Assembly (NCBI GenBank): GCA_027923505.1
Contig: BROI01000004.1
Location: 620,001 to 684,000 of the forward strand
Source of the DNA: Mayamaea pseudoterrestris
Taxonomy: Eukaryota
Length of the DNA stretch: 64,000 bases
Direction of reading: 5' to 3'
A program made the translations under genes and the position numbers. The notes below the pieces were generated by a model. The model was not told where the DNA came from. It saw nothing but the letters and a program-made list of their open reading frames with translations, and ran no database searches. Of this stretch, positions 25,601 through 37,555 are shown piece after piece. The stretch's first letter is position 1. Each line of letters opens with the position of its first letter.

Positions 25601-28600
25601 CAGAATGGTGCTAACATCCTTTTTTCAGGTGCGCTACAAGATGCCTTGCCTGGCCGGTCTTTGTTAGACTGCAATGGAAATGGTGATAACTTGTCACCTG
25701 TCTCAGCCAGCAGTTGCCATGCCTTTCAAGAGTCCATACTTAGATCCATGTGTATGCCCAACTCAAGCCAGAATGGTGCTAACATCCTTATTTTTGGTGC
25801 GCTACAAGATGCCTTGCCTGGCCGGTCCTTGTTAGACTGCAATGGGATTGGTGTCAACTAGTCACCAGTCTCAGCCAGCAGCTGCTATGCCTTTCAAATA
25901 CCCATTCCTAGAGCCATGTGCATGCCCAAATCAAGCCAGAATGGTGCTAACATCCTTATTTCAGGTGCGCTACAAGATGCCTTGCCTGGCTGGTCCCATG
26001 GTAGACTGCAATGGGATTGGTGACAACTTGTCACCAGTCTCAGCCAGCAGCTGCCATGTCTTTCAAATGCCCTACTTAGAGCCATGAGAATGCCCCAATT
26101 ACATCAGAATGGTGCTAACATCCTTATTTTGGGTGCGCAACAAGATGCTTTGCTTGGCTGGTCCCTATGTAGTAGACTGCAATGGGATTGGTGATAACTT
26201 GTCACCAGTCTCAGCCAGCTTCTGCCATGCCTTTCAAACACCCAGATCTAGATCCATGTGTATGCCCAAACCAAGCCAGAATGCTGCAAACATCCTTATT
26301 TTGGGCGCGCTACAAGTTGCCTTGCCAATCTGGTCCCTTGGTAGACTGCATGGGGATTGGTGACAACTAGTCACCAGTCTCAACCAGCAGCGGCAATGCC
26401 TTTCAAACATCCATATCTAGAACCATGTGCATGCCCAAATCAAGCCAGAATGGTGCTAGCATCCTTATGTCAGGTGCACTACAAGATGCCTTGCTTGGCT
26501 GGTCCTTTGGTAGACTGCAATGAGCTTGGTGACAACTTGTCACCAGTCTCAGCCAGCAGCTGCCATGCCTTTCAAACGCCTATACCTAGAGCCATGTGCA
26601 TGCCCAAATCAAGCCAGAATGGTGCTAACATCCTAATCTTAGGTGCGCTATAAGATGCATTGCCTGGATGGTCTCTTGGTAGACTGCATTGGGAATGGTG
26701 ACAACTAGTCACCAGTCTCAGCCAGCAGCTGCCATGCCCCATACCTAGAGCCATGTGTTTGCCCAAATCAAGCCAGAATGGTGCCAACATCCATATCTCA
26801 GGTGCGCTATAAGATGCATTGCCTGGATGGTCTCTTGGTAGACTGCATTAAAATTGGTGACAACTTGTCACCAGTCTCAGCCAGCAGCTGCCATGCCTTT
26901 CAAACGCCCATACCTAGAGCCATGTGTTTGCCCAAATCAAGCCAGAATGGTGCCAACATCTTTTTTTCAGGTGCGCTATAAGATGCATTGCCTGGCTGCT
27001 CTCTTGGTAGAATGCCATTGGATTGGTGATAACTTGTCACCAGTCTCAGCCAGCAGCTGCCATGTCTTTCAAACGCCCATACCTAGAGCCATGTGCATGC
27101 CCAAATCAAGCCAGAATGGTGCGAACATCCTTATTTCAAGTGCGCTACAAGATGCCTTGCCTGGATGGTCCCATGGTAGACTGTAATGAGCTTGGTGACA
27201 ACTTGTCACCAGTCTCAGCCAGCAGCTGCCATGCCTTTCAAGCGCCTATACCTAGAGCCATGTGCATGCCCAAATCAAGCCAGAATGGTGCAAACATCCT
27301 TATTTCAGGTGCGCTACAAGATGCTCTGCCTGGTTGGTCCCATGGTAGACTGCAATGGGATCGGTGACAACTTGTCACCAGTCTCAGCCAGCAGCTGCCA
27401 TGTCTTTCAAATGCCCTACTTAGAGCCATGAGAATGCCCCAATTAAATCAGAATGGTGCTATCATTCTTATTTTGGGTACGCAACAAGATGCCTTGCTTG
27501 GATGGTCCCTTGGTAGACTGCAATGGGATTGGTGACAACTTGTCACCAGTCTCAGCCAGCAGCTGCTATGCCTTTCATATACCCATTCCTAGAGCTATGT
27601 GCATGCCCAAATCGAATGTGCTAACATCCTTATTTCAAGTGCGCGACAAGATGCCTTGCCTGGCTAGTCCTTTGGTAGACTGCATTGGGATTGGTGACAA
27701 CTTGTCACCAGTCTCAGCCAGCAGCTGCTATGCCTTTCGAACACCCATACCTAGAGCTATGTGCATGCCCAAATCAAGCCAGAATGGTGCTAACATCCTT
27801 TTTTCAGGTGCGCTACAAGATGCCTTGCCTGGCCGGTCCTTGTTAGACTGCAATGGAAATGGTGATAACTTGTCACCAGTCTCAGCCAGCAGTTGCCATG
27901 CCTTTCAAGAGTCCATACTCAGATCCATGTGTATGCCCAAGTCAAGCCAGAATGGTGCTAACATCCTTATTTCAGGTGCGCTACAAGATGCCTTGCCTGA
28001 CTGGTCCTTTGGTAGACTGCAATGAGCTTAGTGACAACTTGTCACCAGTCTCAGCCAGCAGCTGCCATGCCTTTCAAACACCCAGATCTAGATCCATATG
28101 TATGCCCAAACCAAGCCAGAATGCTGCAAACATCCTTATTTTAGGTGCGCTACAAGATGCATTGCCTGGATGGTCTCTTGGTAGACTGCATTGGGATTGG
28201 TGACAACTTGTCACCAGTCTCAGCCAGCAGCTGCTATGCCTTTCGAACACCCATACCTAGAGCTATGTGCATGCCCAAATCAAGCCAGAATGGTGCTAAC
28301 ATCCTTATTTCAGGTGCGCTACAAGATGCCTTGCCTGGCCGGTCCTTGTTAGACTGCAATGGAAATGGTGATAACTTGTCACCAGTCTCAGCCAGCAGTT
28401 GCCATGCCTTTCAAGAGTCCATACTTAGATCCATGTGTATGCCCAATTCAAGCCAGAATGTTGCTAACATCCTTATTTCAGGTGCATTACAAGATGCCTT
28501 GCCTGGCTGGTCCGATGGTAGACTGCAATGGGATTGGTGACAACTAGTCACCAGTCTCAGCCAGCAGCTGGAATGCCTTTCAAACACCCATTCCTAGAGC

Positions 28601-30429
28601 CATGTGCATGAACAAATTGAACGTGCTAACATCCTTATTTCAGGTGCGCTACAAGATGCCTTGCCTGGCTGGTCCCATGGTAGACTGCAATGGGATTGGT
28701 GACAACTTGTCACCAGTCTCAGCCAGCAGCTGCTATGCCTTTCAAACACCCATTCCTAGAGCCATGTGCATGCCCAAATCAAGCCAGAATGGTGCTAACA
28801 TCCTTATTTCAGGTGCGCTACAAGATGCCTTGCCTGGCTGGTCCCATGGTAGACTGCAATGGGATTGGTGACAACTTGTCACCAGTCTCAGCCAGCAGCT
28901 GCCATGCCTTTCAAGAGTCCATACCTAGATCCATGTGTATGCCCAAACCAAGCCAGAATGCTGCAAACATCCTTATTTCAGGTGCGCTACAAGATGCCTT
29001 GCCTGGCTGGTCCTTTGGTAACCTGCAATGAGCTTAGTGACAACTTGTCACCAGTCTCAGCCAGCAGCTGCCATGCCTTTCAAACACCCATATCTAAATC
29101 CATGTGTATGCCCAAACCGAGCCAGAATGCTGCAAACATCCTTATTTTAGGTGCGCTACAAGATGCATTGCCTGGATGGTCTCTTGGTAGACTGCATTGG
29201 GTTTGGTGACAACTTGTCACCAGTCTCAGCCAGCAGCTGCTATGCCTTTCGAACACCCATACCTAGAGCTATGTGCATGCCCAAATCAAGCCAGAATGGT
29301 GCTAACATCCTTTTTTCAGGTGCGCTACAAGATGCCTTGCCTGGCCGGTCTTTGTTAGACTGCAATGGAAATGGTGATAACTTGTCACCTGTCTCAGCCA
29401 GCAGTTGCCATGCCTTTCAAGAGTCCATACTTAGATCCATGTGTATGCCCAACTCAAGCCAGAATGGTGCTAACATCCTTATTTTTGGTGCGCTACAAGA
29501 TGCCTTGCCTGGCCGGTCCTTGTTAGACTGCAATGGGATTGGTGTCAACTAGTCACCAGTCTCAGCCAGCAGCTGCTATGCCTTTCAAATACCCATTCCT
29601 AGAGCCATGTGCATGCCCAAATCAAGCCAGAATGGTGCTAACATCCTTATTTCAGGTGCGCTACAAGATGCCTTGCCTGGCTGGTCCCATGGTAGACTGC
29701 AATGGGATTGGTGACAACTTGTCACCAGTCTCAGCCAGCAGCTGCCATGTCTTTCAAATGCCCTACTTAGAGCCATGAGAATGCCCCAATTACATCAGAA
29801 TGGTGCTAACATCCTTATTTTGGGTGCGCAACAAGATGCTTTGCTTGGCTGGTCCCTATGTAGTAGACTGCAATGGGATTGGTGATAACTTGTCACCAGT
29901 CTCAGCCAGCTTCTGCCATGCCTTTCAAACACCCAGATCTAGATCCATGTGTATGCCCAAACCAAGCCAGAATGCTGCAAACATCCTTATTTTGGGCGCG
30001 CTACAAGTTGCCTTGCCAATCTGGTCCCTTGGTAGACTGCATGGGGATTGGTGACAACTAGTCACCAGTCTCAACCAGCAGCGGCAATGCCTTTCAAACA
30101 TCCATATCTAGAACCATGTGCATGCCCAAATCAAGCCAGAATGGTGCTAGCATCCTTATGTCAGGTGCACTACAAGATGCCTTGCTTGGCTGGTCCTTTG
30201 GTAGACTGCAATGAGCTTGGTGACAACTTGTCACCAGTCTCAGCCAGCAGCTGCCATGCCTTTCAAACGCCTATACCTAGAGCCATGTGCATGCCCAAAT
30301 CAAGCCAGAATGGTGCTAACATCCTAATCTTAGGTGCGCTATAAGATGCATTGCCTGGATGGTCTCTTGGTAGACTGCATTGGGAATGGTGACAACTAGT
30401 CACCAGTCTCAGCCAGCAGCTGCCATGCC
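16645..30429. repeat. Tandem satellite, 169-bp monomer, roughly 80 copies, with higher-order repeats
   Basis: The monomer CCAGAATGGTGCTAACATCCTTATTTCAGGTGCGCTACAAGATGCCTTGCCTGG...TGGTGACAACTTGTCACCAGTCTCAGCCAGCAGCTGCC...CCTAGAGCCATGTGCATGCCCAAATCAAG recurs every ~169 bp. Spurious ORFs recur at 169, 676 and 3691 bp offsets. Confidence 0.98.
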
Positions 30430-31192
30430 GTGCTGCGGCGGGACCAATACTCATTGGACGGAAAAACCAAGCACATTGTTTGATGCCGCTTGACTTACTT
30501 GATAGATCTACTGCTTTAAATAAATGAAACGGCCTATTATAATCTTTAAAAGACGAAAGTGAATGTTTTGGGATGGGGGTGGTGGGTGGTGGGTCGATTT
30601 TTACATGTCCGCGTCAAGTCGCAGAACGAACGAAAACTCCATAACTTCAACTTCAATGTCGCATGCCTGACCACAGAATGGTACAAAGCCTACAGGCAAT
30701 AATAACATCCATGAAACACTCAAGTCTTGTATGACGTTAACGAAACAACAAGCATAAGTACAATAAATGAATAGCAATGTATAAACCGTAAAGATAACGC
30801 CAGGCAATATAATTTTCTTCATGATAACAGCCAGGCAATAATCGATTACTCACCCCTAAACCCTATCACAAACAGAAAATATCAAAATGACCTTCCCTAC
30901 ATCTTCGTATGTTGGCCTACGTGAAAGTAACCCCCTGTGGACTAATTGGCATTCAAGAAAAATTCTAAATATGCCCGGGCTTAAAGACGGATTGTCGAAA
31001 CTCCGGGTTTTGTCACACGTTTTCCTCCAGACCTCCTGTACTAGCGAGGTAAACCTCGGATTTGGAAAGGGCAATATCAAATCACGATCCCGGGCACTTC
31101 CTTTTTGAAAAGGTGATGCTCACTTGTTCGTCACACTTTTATGATGCTCGCCGCATGGCCATGACGACCCTCGCCTTGAACCTCCCCGGACG

Positions 31193-31789
31193 ATGATTCT
31201 CTCCGTGACGGAAGACAACAAGCCCGGCGAAATGAGCGTGTCGGAACCAGCGCTTGACCATGCCGAAGATGCACCAATCAGCAGTCCTGCTTCGAAACAA
31301 ACTGTTGAAGAACCCGACGACGACCGAGCCAAGACCGATGCTAAAACATCATCAACTATTACCTCCGGCAACGTTTCCAAAAAGGCTACGTCCAAGACCA
31401 AGGAGCACCACGACACTGTCCAAAAAGTCAAAGTGATGCACGAAATTCTCGATCGCAAGCTCAAAAAAGCCGAGGAGCAAAAAACCTTTTTGTTTCAGGA
31501 GCGCGCCAACAAGCGCCGCACCTTCAACCATTTGCGGCGGACACTATCTAACAACAACAAGTCGGAACTCGGCGACGAAACGACACTGGAGCAAATGCGA
31601 CTGCAATTAGAGGCACTGCGAGAGGAAAAGGATCACGTGGAGGAAGAGATTGTCAAGACGACGCAACGACTCGAGGAACTGGTCATTATCAAGACAAGTC
31701 CCGAGGAAAAGGCAGCTCGATTGGATGAACTGTGTACGCAGGTGACAAAGGAGTTTGCCTCGCGACGGAAACCGGCGTATGAAGCATAG
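31193..31789 (+). CDS. Hypothetical coiled-coil protein
   Basis: 198-aa ORF with a charged helical C-terminal half. Confidence 0.5.
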   Translation: MILSVTEDNKPGEMSVSEPALDHAEDAPISSPASKQTVEEPDDDRAKTDAKTSSTITSGNVSKKATSKTKEHHDTVQKVKVMHEILDRKLKKAEEQKTFLFQERANKRRTFNHLRRTLSNNNKSELGDETTLEQMRLQLEALREEKDHVEEEIVKTTQRLEELVIIKTSPEEKAARLDELCTQVTKEFASRRKPAYEA

Positions 31790-32261
31790 TAGTGGTTGCG
31801 TCATTCTCTGAGTCTATTGCGTGATGTAATACGAGCGGGACTTGTTATTATTTTGAAGATCAGGCGTTGTAAAGTCGACAATTGTCTCTGCTATACATTG
31901 CAGACATAACTTTTGCGTCCGTTATTTTATCGTAACATACTTCTCTTCTCGTCAAGTACTGTTAGAATTTTGGCTCAAGCTGCTTGGGGCTGCTCAATGC
32001 TACGTCGCCATCGTAATACATGGTCGCGCAAAACCATTTGCTTTAGGAAAAGAGCAGTGACTCTATGCCTTATGAAAATTTTTGGAACTCATCTTGACCT
32101 TTTTGCATAAAAACGGGTCGAATTGAATGAATTACATCTTATCGCAGTTAGATTAATTAGCCAGTGGTCCGCCGCAGCTCGTCCTGCAAAATTGTACTGT
32201 AATGAGGTATTATTGTCTTGTCAACTCCTACTGCAGTACGTTTGATATAAAATGTTTGTTT

Positions 32262-33365
32262 TTAGCTTACGACTTGGTATCCGCAATGTGCAAATGTATT
32301 TTCAAAGCCGCCGTTGCGACCAATTGCCGCGCATGTTTGGTGAATCGCTTGCTCGAGCTGTTGCACGTTCCAATCAGGACGTGACAGCAACTTGAGACGA
32401 GCAATAACCTCACAAAAGGCGTACTCAATTGGACCATATTTGGGCATGTATGGCGGTCTGGGTAAGATGCGAAAGCGTTGAGGAAGCGCGCGACCGACCA
32501 CCGTCTGGTAAACTACTGGAGCTCCATGTGCAGCAAGATTGTCCCACAAAAACACTCGGTCCGCATCTACAGCCAAGCCACTATTCTCGCAACTAGTGCA
32601 TACTGTATTGCAAAAGTCTGCAAAGCGCCACTGGTTTGTTCCAGGTTCAAGATGTGTCGCAAACCATCGCCGAGGATTCGCGACGCTTCCCTCAACGTTT
32701 GCAGGCAATGCTGGATCACCAGGCTCGATAGCCATGAGCAATGTGATCTTCTGACCACCAGTGTAGTCATGTCCTGTGGAGCGGTTCACCTTCTCCAGTG
32801 TCACAGCGCACTCACCAACGTCAATGAGTTGCTTGCGGCGCAACGTCACAACACCCAAAGGAGGAGGCATACTATAAAACCACTGATCACGTAAACGATT
32901 TCCAGGAGAGAAAGCTTGGCATGCTTCAGGAGAGGCTTGTTTGCTGGAAAGCTTGAGTTCCCTCATGCGCTTGGAGACTTGTGTACGGCTGAGTACTTCG
33001 CCAGTGTTGGCATGAATAAAGGCGGCAACCTCATCTCCAGTAGCTTCTGGATAAACATGAAGTACCATGGCCATGGCAAACTGAGATGCTCCAAAAAGTA
33101 CTTGACTCTCACTGATACCAGCTGCTCCCTTTGGATGAACTCCATTGACTCGGTTGGGGTCAATGGAGCTGCGTGAGATAGCAGTTGGAAGGCATTGTCC
33201 TTGCTGCGAACGAGCCAGTGCTTGCTCCCGCTGTGAGACTGGATAGCCAGTGGAACCACCATGCGAAGGATGAGGAGGCGCTTGCTGACGTGCTTTGGGC
33301 TGTGGAGCCAGGCCGGCAGCTGAGCGCTCGCGTGCGGCAATGTCGGCAGGATCAGCACGTGCCAT
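32262..33365 (-). mobile_element. IS630/Tc1-mariner DDE transposase ORF, probably catalytically impaired
   Basis: FLWDNLAAH...RPPYMPKYGPIEYAF (D-38-E spacing) and an upstream HTH-like segment. The first acidic motif reads IDVGE. No clear TIRs found. Confidence 0.8.
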
Positions 33366-33906
33366 GATGGTGTTGCTTGTCGTGGCTGCTTGGCTGCTTG
33401 GCTGCGTTCTTGATGCCGCGGTTCTACCAATTTAACAGCGTTCCTTCGAGCAAATCATTCCTGATCACAAGAATGACAATTAGAACAAGTGAGACATTGG
33501 ATTTGAGATATAACATATAACATAAATTGTATTGATGTTTTGCGGTTGCGCCACGGCGCCACGGAGGATGGTGGCGTCCAAGGCTGCATGTGACAACCAT
33601 GGCGCACTTATCGGGAGCATTTCTGATGCGCCGGCGTTAAAACATATAGTACAGATGGATCCGGCTTGCTCTAGTTGCTCTACTTACGCTCATGGTTGTA
33701 AAATAAAGTAAAGACAATGGTTGTCAATGCCTCGCAACTACTTGCAATGACGAGCATGCCTGCATGCAGCGAGGCGTCGCACGCTCAACTTGAGCGCGAT
33801 TGAAAATCCGTGGACGCTCTGCGACATTTCCCTTTCAGTGCCGCTTCTCTTTCTAGGCACGGATCTGACGGACGGTCATCCGCGGCTCACAAGTAGCCGA
33901 TCCACC

Positions 33907-36900
33907 ATGGCGCCCACCAACGCCAACGAAAGCTACTGCACCTTTACACTCCCTACCGAGGTGACGGCGGGAGGTCTAGTAAGTCCAGGAAGGAATTAGA
34001 TGGAGATATTGGAACAAGGCCGTCTCGTAGATATGACGATATTCGACGAACTTGAATACTCCCTTTCGTTGGTTATTATGCATTCCATTGCCTACTATAG
34101 AAGGCAAAAGCATTATATATGTTTTTCTTTGCTGACTTGTATTTTCTTCCTCCTGTTACAGCCATCTCAAGCGGAAATAGCGAAGGATCTCGAGTCAAAT
34201 GACGATAGTGTAAGTAAGATTCAACAAGCATCGCTACGGATCGGCAAAAAGGTCAATCGATCCAAAGCATATTGCATAGACCGAGTACATTATACTAATT
34301 CCTTACATATCTTTGAAAATAACAGGTCAAAAAGCACGCTCTAAAGGCCGCCATTATGGCCATGCTGGGCGGCGAGCCCATGCCCCGCATTCTCATGCAG
34401 GTCATTCGCTTCTGCATCAACTCAAACGACAAGCAGCTCAAGAAGCTTACCATGCTCTACTGGGAGGTCGTCCCCAAGTACCAGGAACCAACGAGCGAGG
34501 AAATGCTAGCTGCTGCTTCTGGCGGCCCGGCGGTCAAGCGCAAGATGCTTCCCGAAATGATTCTCGTTTGCAACGCCTTGATGAACGATTTAAATCATCC
34601 CAACGAGTTTGTCCGCGGGTCAATGCTTCGCTTTCTATGCAAGCTCAAGGATGAGGAAGTACTCGGACCACTCATTCCGTCCGTCAAGGCTTGTCTCGAG
34701 CATCGGCACCCCTACGTGCGAAAGAATGCGGCGCTGGCCATTTTCCACGCGCACAAGCTGCACGGTGAAGCACTCATTCCGGATGGGCCCGAAATTATTG
34801 CGCACTTTTTGCAGCAGGAGACGGATGTTGCTTGTCGCAGAAATGCCTTTCTCATGCTGTACAATGAGAATGAGGAACTCGCCATTGATTTCTTGGCCCG
34901 CAACATGGACGATGTTGGCAAATATGGCGACGGGTTTGCCTTGCTGGTGTTGGAATTGACTCGTCGAGTGTGTCGGCGCGATCCGACGCAAAAGTCGCGG
35001 TTTGTTCGAGTCTTGTTTCAAATGCTGTCAAGTTCGTCGCCGGCAGTATCGTACGAGGCGGCTTGGACGTTGGTGTCGCTGTCGTCAGCACCGACGGCTG
35101 TGCGAGCTGCTGCCGTTACCTACATTAACCTTTTGAACGGGCAGAATGACAACAACGTCAAGCTCATTGTTTTGGAACGACTGGAGGCGCTCAAGAAGAA
35201 GAATTACAAGGTCTTGCAAGAGTTGCTCATGGATATTTTGCGTGCTCTTGCGAGTCCTAATCCGGATATCTGCCGCAAGGTTTTGGAGGTTGCCATGGAC
35301 GCTGTCACGTCAAGAAACGTCCAAGAGGTCGTCAATGTTCTGAAGCGCGAAGTTCAAAAGACAATGAATGAAGATAGCGGCAATGATGATAAGGACGCCA
35401 ACTATCGTAACATGGTCATTCGCACAATTCATCAGTGTGCTGTCCGATTTCCAAAAGTCGCCGAGTCGGTGGTTCATACTTTGGCTGACTTTTTGAATTC
35501 GGATTCGGGTATGCAGGTGATTGTTTTCGTCCGAGCTATTGTCGAACAATACCCACATTTGCGCGAACCACTGTTGACAAAGCTGTTAAACTCGTTGGAC
35601 GAGATTACATCGAACCAGGTGTACTGTGTTTGCCTGTGGATCCTTGGAGAGTACACTGAGACAAAAGACATTATTGCTGAGGCATTTGATGCAGTTTTGA
35701 AGCAGACCGGTAAACCAAACTTCTTGATCAAGGATAAGGACAAGGAAAACGGCGACAAGTCAGCTGGATCAGCTGCCCCAAAGATTGTCACAAAAAATGT
35801 CGTTCTGGCGGACGGAACGTACGCTACCCAAAGCATTTACAGCGAGACTAAAACTCAGGTCCATGATTCAACACCCGCGCTGCGAAAGATGCTGATCGGT
35901 GGTGATGTATTTTTGGGTGAAATCCTCGCTTCGACTTTTAGTAAACTTTGTCTAAGAGCTGGTGACATGCCCGACTTTGACGCGATCAAGCTGAAGGATA
36001 TGACGGCGCAATCAGTTTTGACTATGTGCGCGATTATCAAGATGGCCGAAGTTACTGTGTCGGCTCAGAGATCTAGTTTAAGTGATTGCCAAGAGCGCAT
36101 CACAATGTGCATCCGCACTCTCCTTGATCCCAAGGCTCGAAACATTCTCAAACCAACACTACTCAAGTCTGGTAGAGAAACATTTGCTGCCTTCCTCAAG
36201 CTTTTGAAAGATAATGAACTAAAGGACAGCAAGCTAAAGACGGCCGAATCGCAGGGAGAGTACACTACACAAGCGGATGATTTGATCCACTTTCGCCAGC
36301 TGCACTCAATGGCAGTCTCAGCTGGAGATGTTGATCTTGACGATGGCGCTGATTTGGCTCGCGCAACCGGATACGATAGTGCAGACTCTCTTCTGGCAAC
36401 TGAATTGAGCCACGTCTACCAGTTAAGCGGTTTTGCAGACCCAGTATATGCAGAGGCCTTTGTCACGGTCCATGACTATGACATTGTTTTGGAAATTCTT
36501 GTAATTAATCGAACGCCAAACACTCTCGCAGGACTGACAGTGGAACTGGCAACAATGGGTGACATGAAGATAGTTGAACGTCCGCAGTCGCATAACATTG
36601 GGCCGCTTGACCAGATGACAATTCGCGCCTCCATCAAGGTTAGCTCAACGGAAACTGGCCATATTTTCGGTACCATTGTTTACGAAGACACCTCGACGAA
36701 GGAAAAGTGCTACATTAATTTGAACGACATTCACATGGATATCATGGACTACATCCGCCCCGCTAGCTGCACCGACGAGGTCTTCCGATCCATGTGGGCT
36801 GAATTTGAATGGGAAAATAAGGTTGCAATTTCGACCTCCATTACCTCGCTGGTCGAATTCTTGGAGCACATCGTAACCTCGACAAACATGAATTGTTTGA

Positions 36901-37377
36901 CGCCTCACGGAAACGGCGAGCAAGGGAGCTTTTTGGCTGCCAATCTTTACGCGCGAAGGTGAGTCGCATGATGCGTTTAATTGTCCTTGTTGTTCGAATT
37001 CCCAATCTTCGTGTTGGATGCTTGCCGCAAATGCTACGGTCTGCGTCTGTTGTTTTTGGGGAAGATGATTATTTGTCAGGGTTCGCGCCGTCAAGGCGCT
37101 CCATGATGAGGTCGATGCTATTGCAAACACTGAACTTGTACTGCGTGGTTCAGGGTATCCTGTGTCGAGACATGAACTAATTCATTTTTGTTGTTTTCTT
37201 TATAGTGTGTTTGGTGAAGACGCTCTCGTAAATGTGTCCGTCGAGAAGAAGGACGACAACGACGGTAAGCTTGCGGGCTACATTCGCATTCGCTCCAAGA
37301 CCCAAGGTATCGCCTTGAGTCTGGGTGACCGCATCACATCGGTCCAGCGCGGCTTACCAGAGAACAAAAAGTACTAA
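33907..37377 (+). CDS. COPB1: Coatomer subunit beta; exons 33907-33978, 34162-34209, 34326-36958, 37206-37377
   Basis: [45 protein letters not shown] and [16 protein letters not shown]. All three GT-AG introns splice in frame. Confidence 0.97.
36999..37132 (+). ncRNA. Intronic box H/ACA snoRNA, candidate snR35/SNORA13 functional equivalent
   Basis: Hairpin 36999-37062 with an internal pocket; H box AGATGA (37063-37068) 14 nt below the upper stem; second hairpin; ACA (37127-37129) plus 3 nt. The pocket pairs with the conserved 18S sequence UGAC-U-C-AACACGGG. Confidence 0.8.
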
Positions 37378-37555
37378 GCGAGGGCACACGATTGATAGCA
37401 AAAACATATTTAGTAAACGTGTGAGGTTATATAGTGAACATATCGTCTATTGGTGGTGTTCTTTTTCAGACCAAGCGCCTGGCGTATCAATTTACTCAGC
37501 ACCTACCCAACAAAAAGCATTTGCTCAAATCTAACACCAGATAATAGTTACTGTA

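Noticed and set aside
16645..30429. Many Cys-rich ORFs in the satellite as a repeat protein or antigen cassette array
   Set aside because: 169 is not a multiple of 3, so frames shift every monomer and hit stops after about two units; indels do not preserve frame; no consistent splice pattern seen.
16645..30429. CRISPR-like array (palindromic repeat plus spacers)
   Set aside because: Sequences between dyads are homologous, not unique spacers; no cas genes; eukaryotic context.
31800..33800. TIRs, or a Fanzor/TnpB partner, for the transposase
   Set aside because: No convincing inverted termini and no RuvC/Zn-ribbon ORF nearby; the 31193 ORF is simple coiled coil.
33979..34161. snoRNA in COPB intron 1 (183 bp)
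   Set aside because: Only a degenerate C box; the CTGA coincides with the likely branch point; no target found.
37103..37175. Box C/D snoRNA (ATGATGA...CTGA) in the last COPB intron
   Set aside because: No terminal D box or recognisable rRNA guide; the H/ACA model explains the region better.
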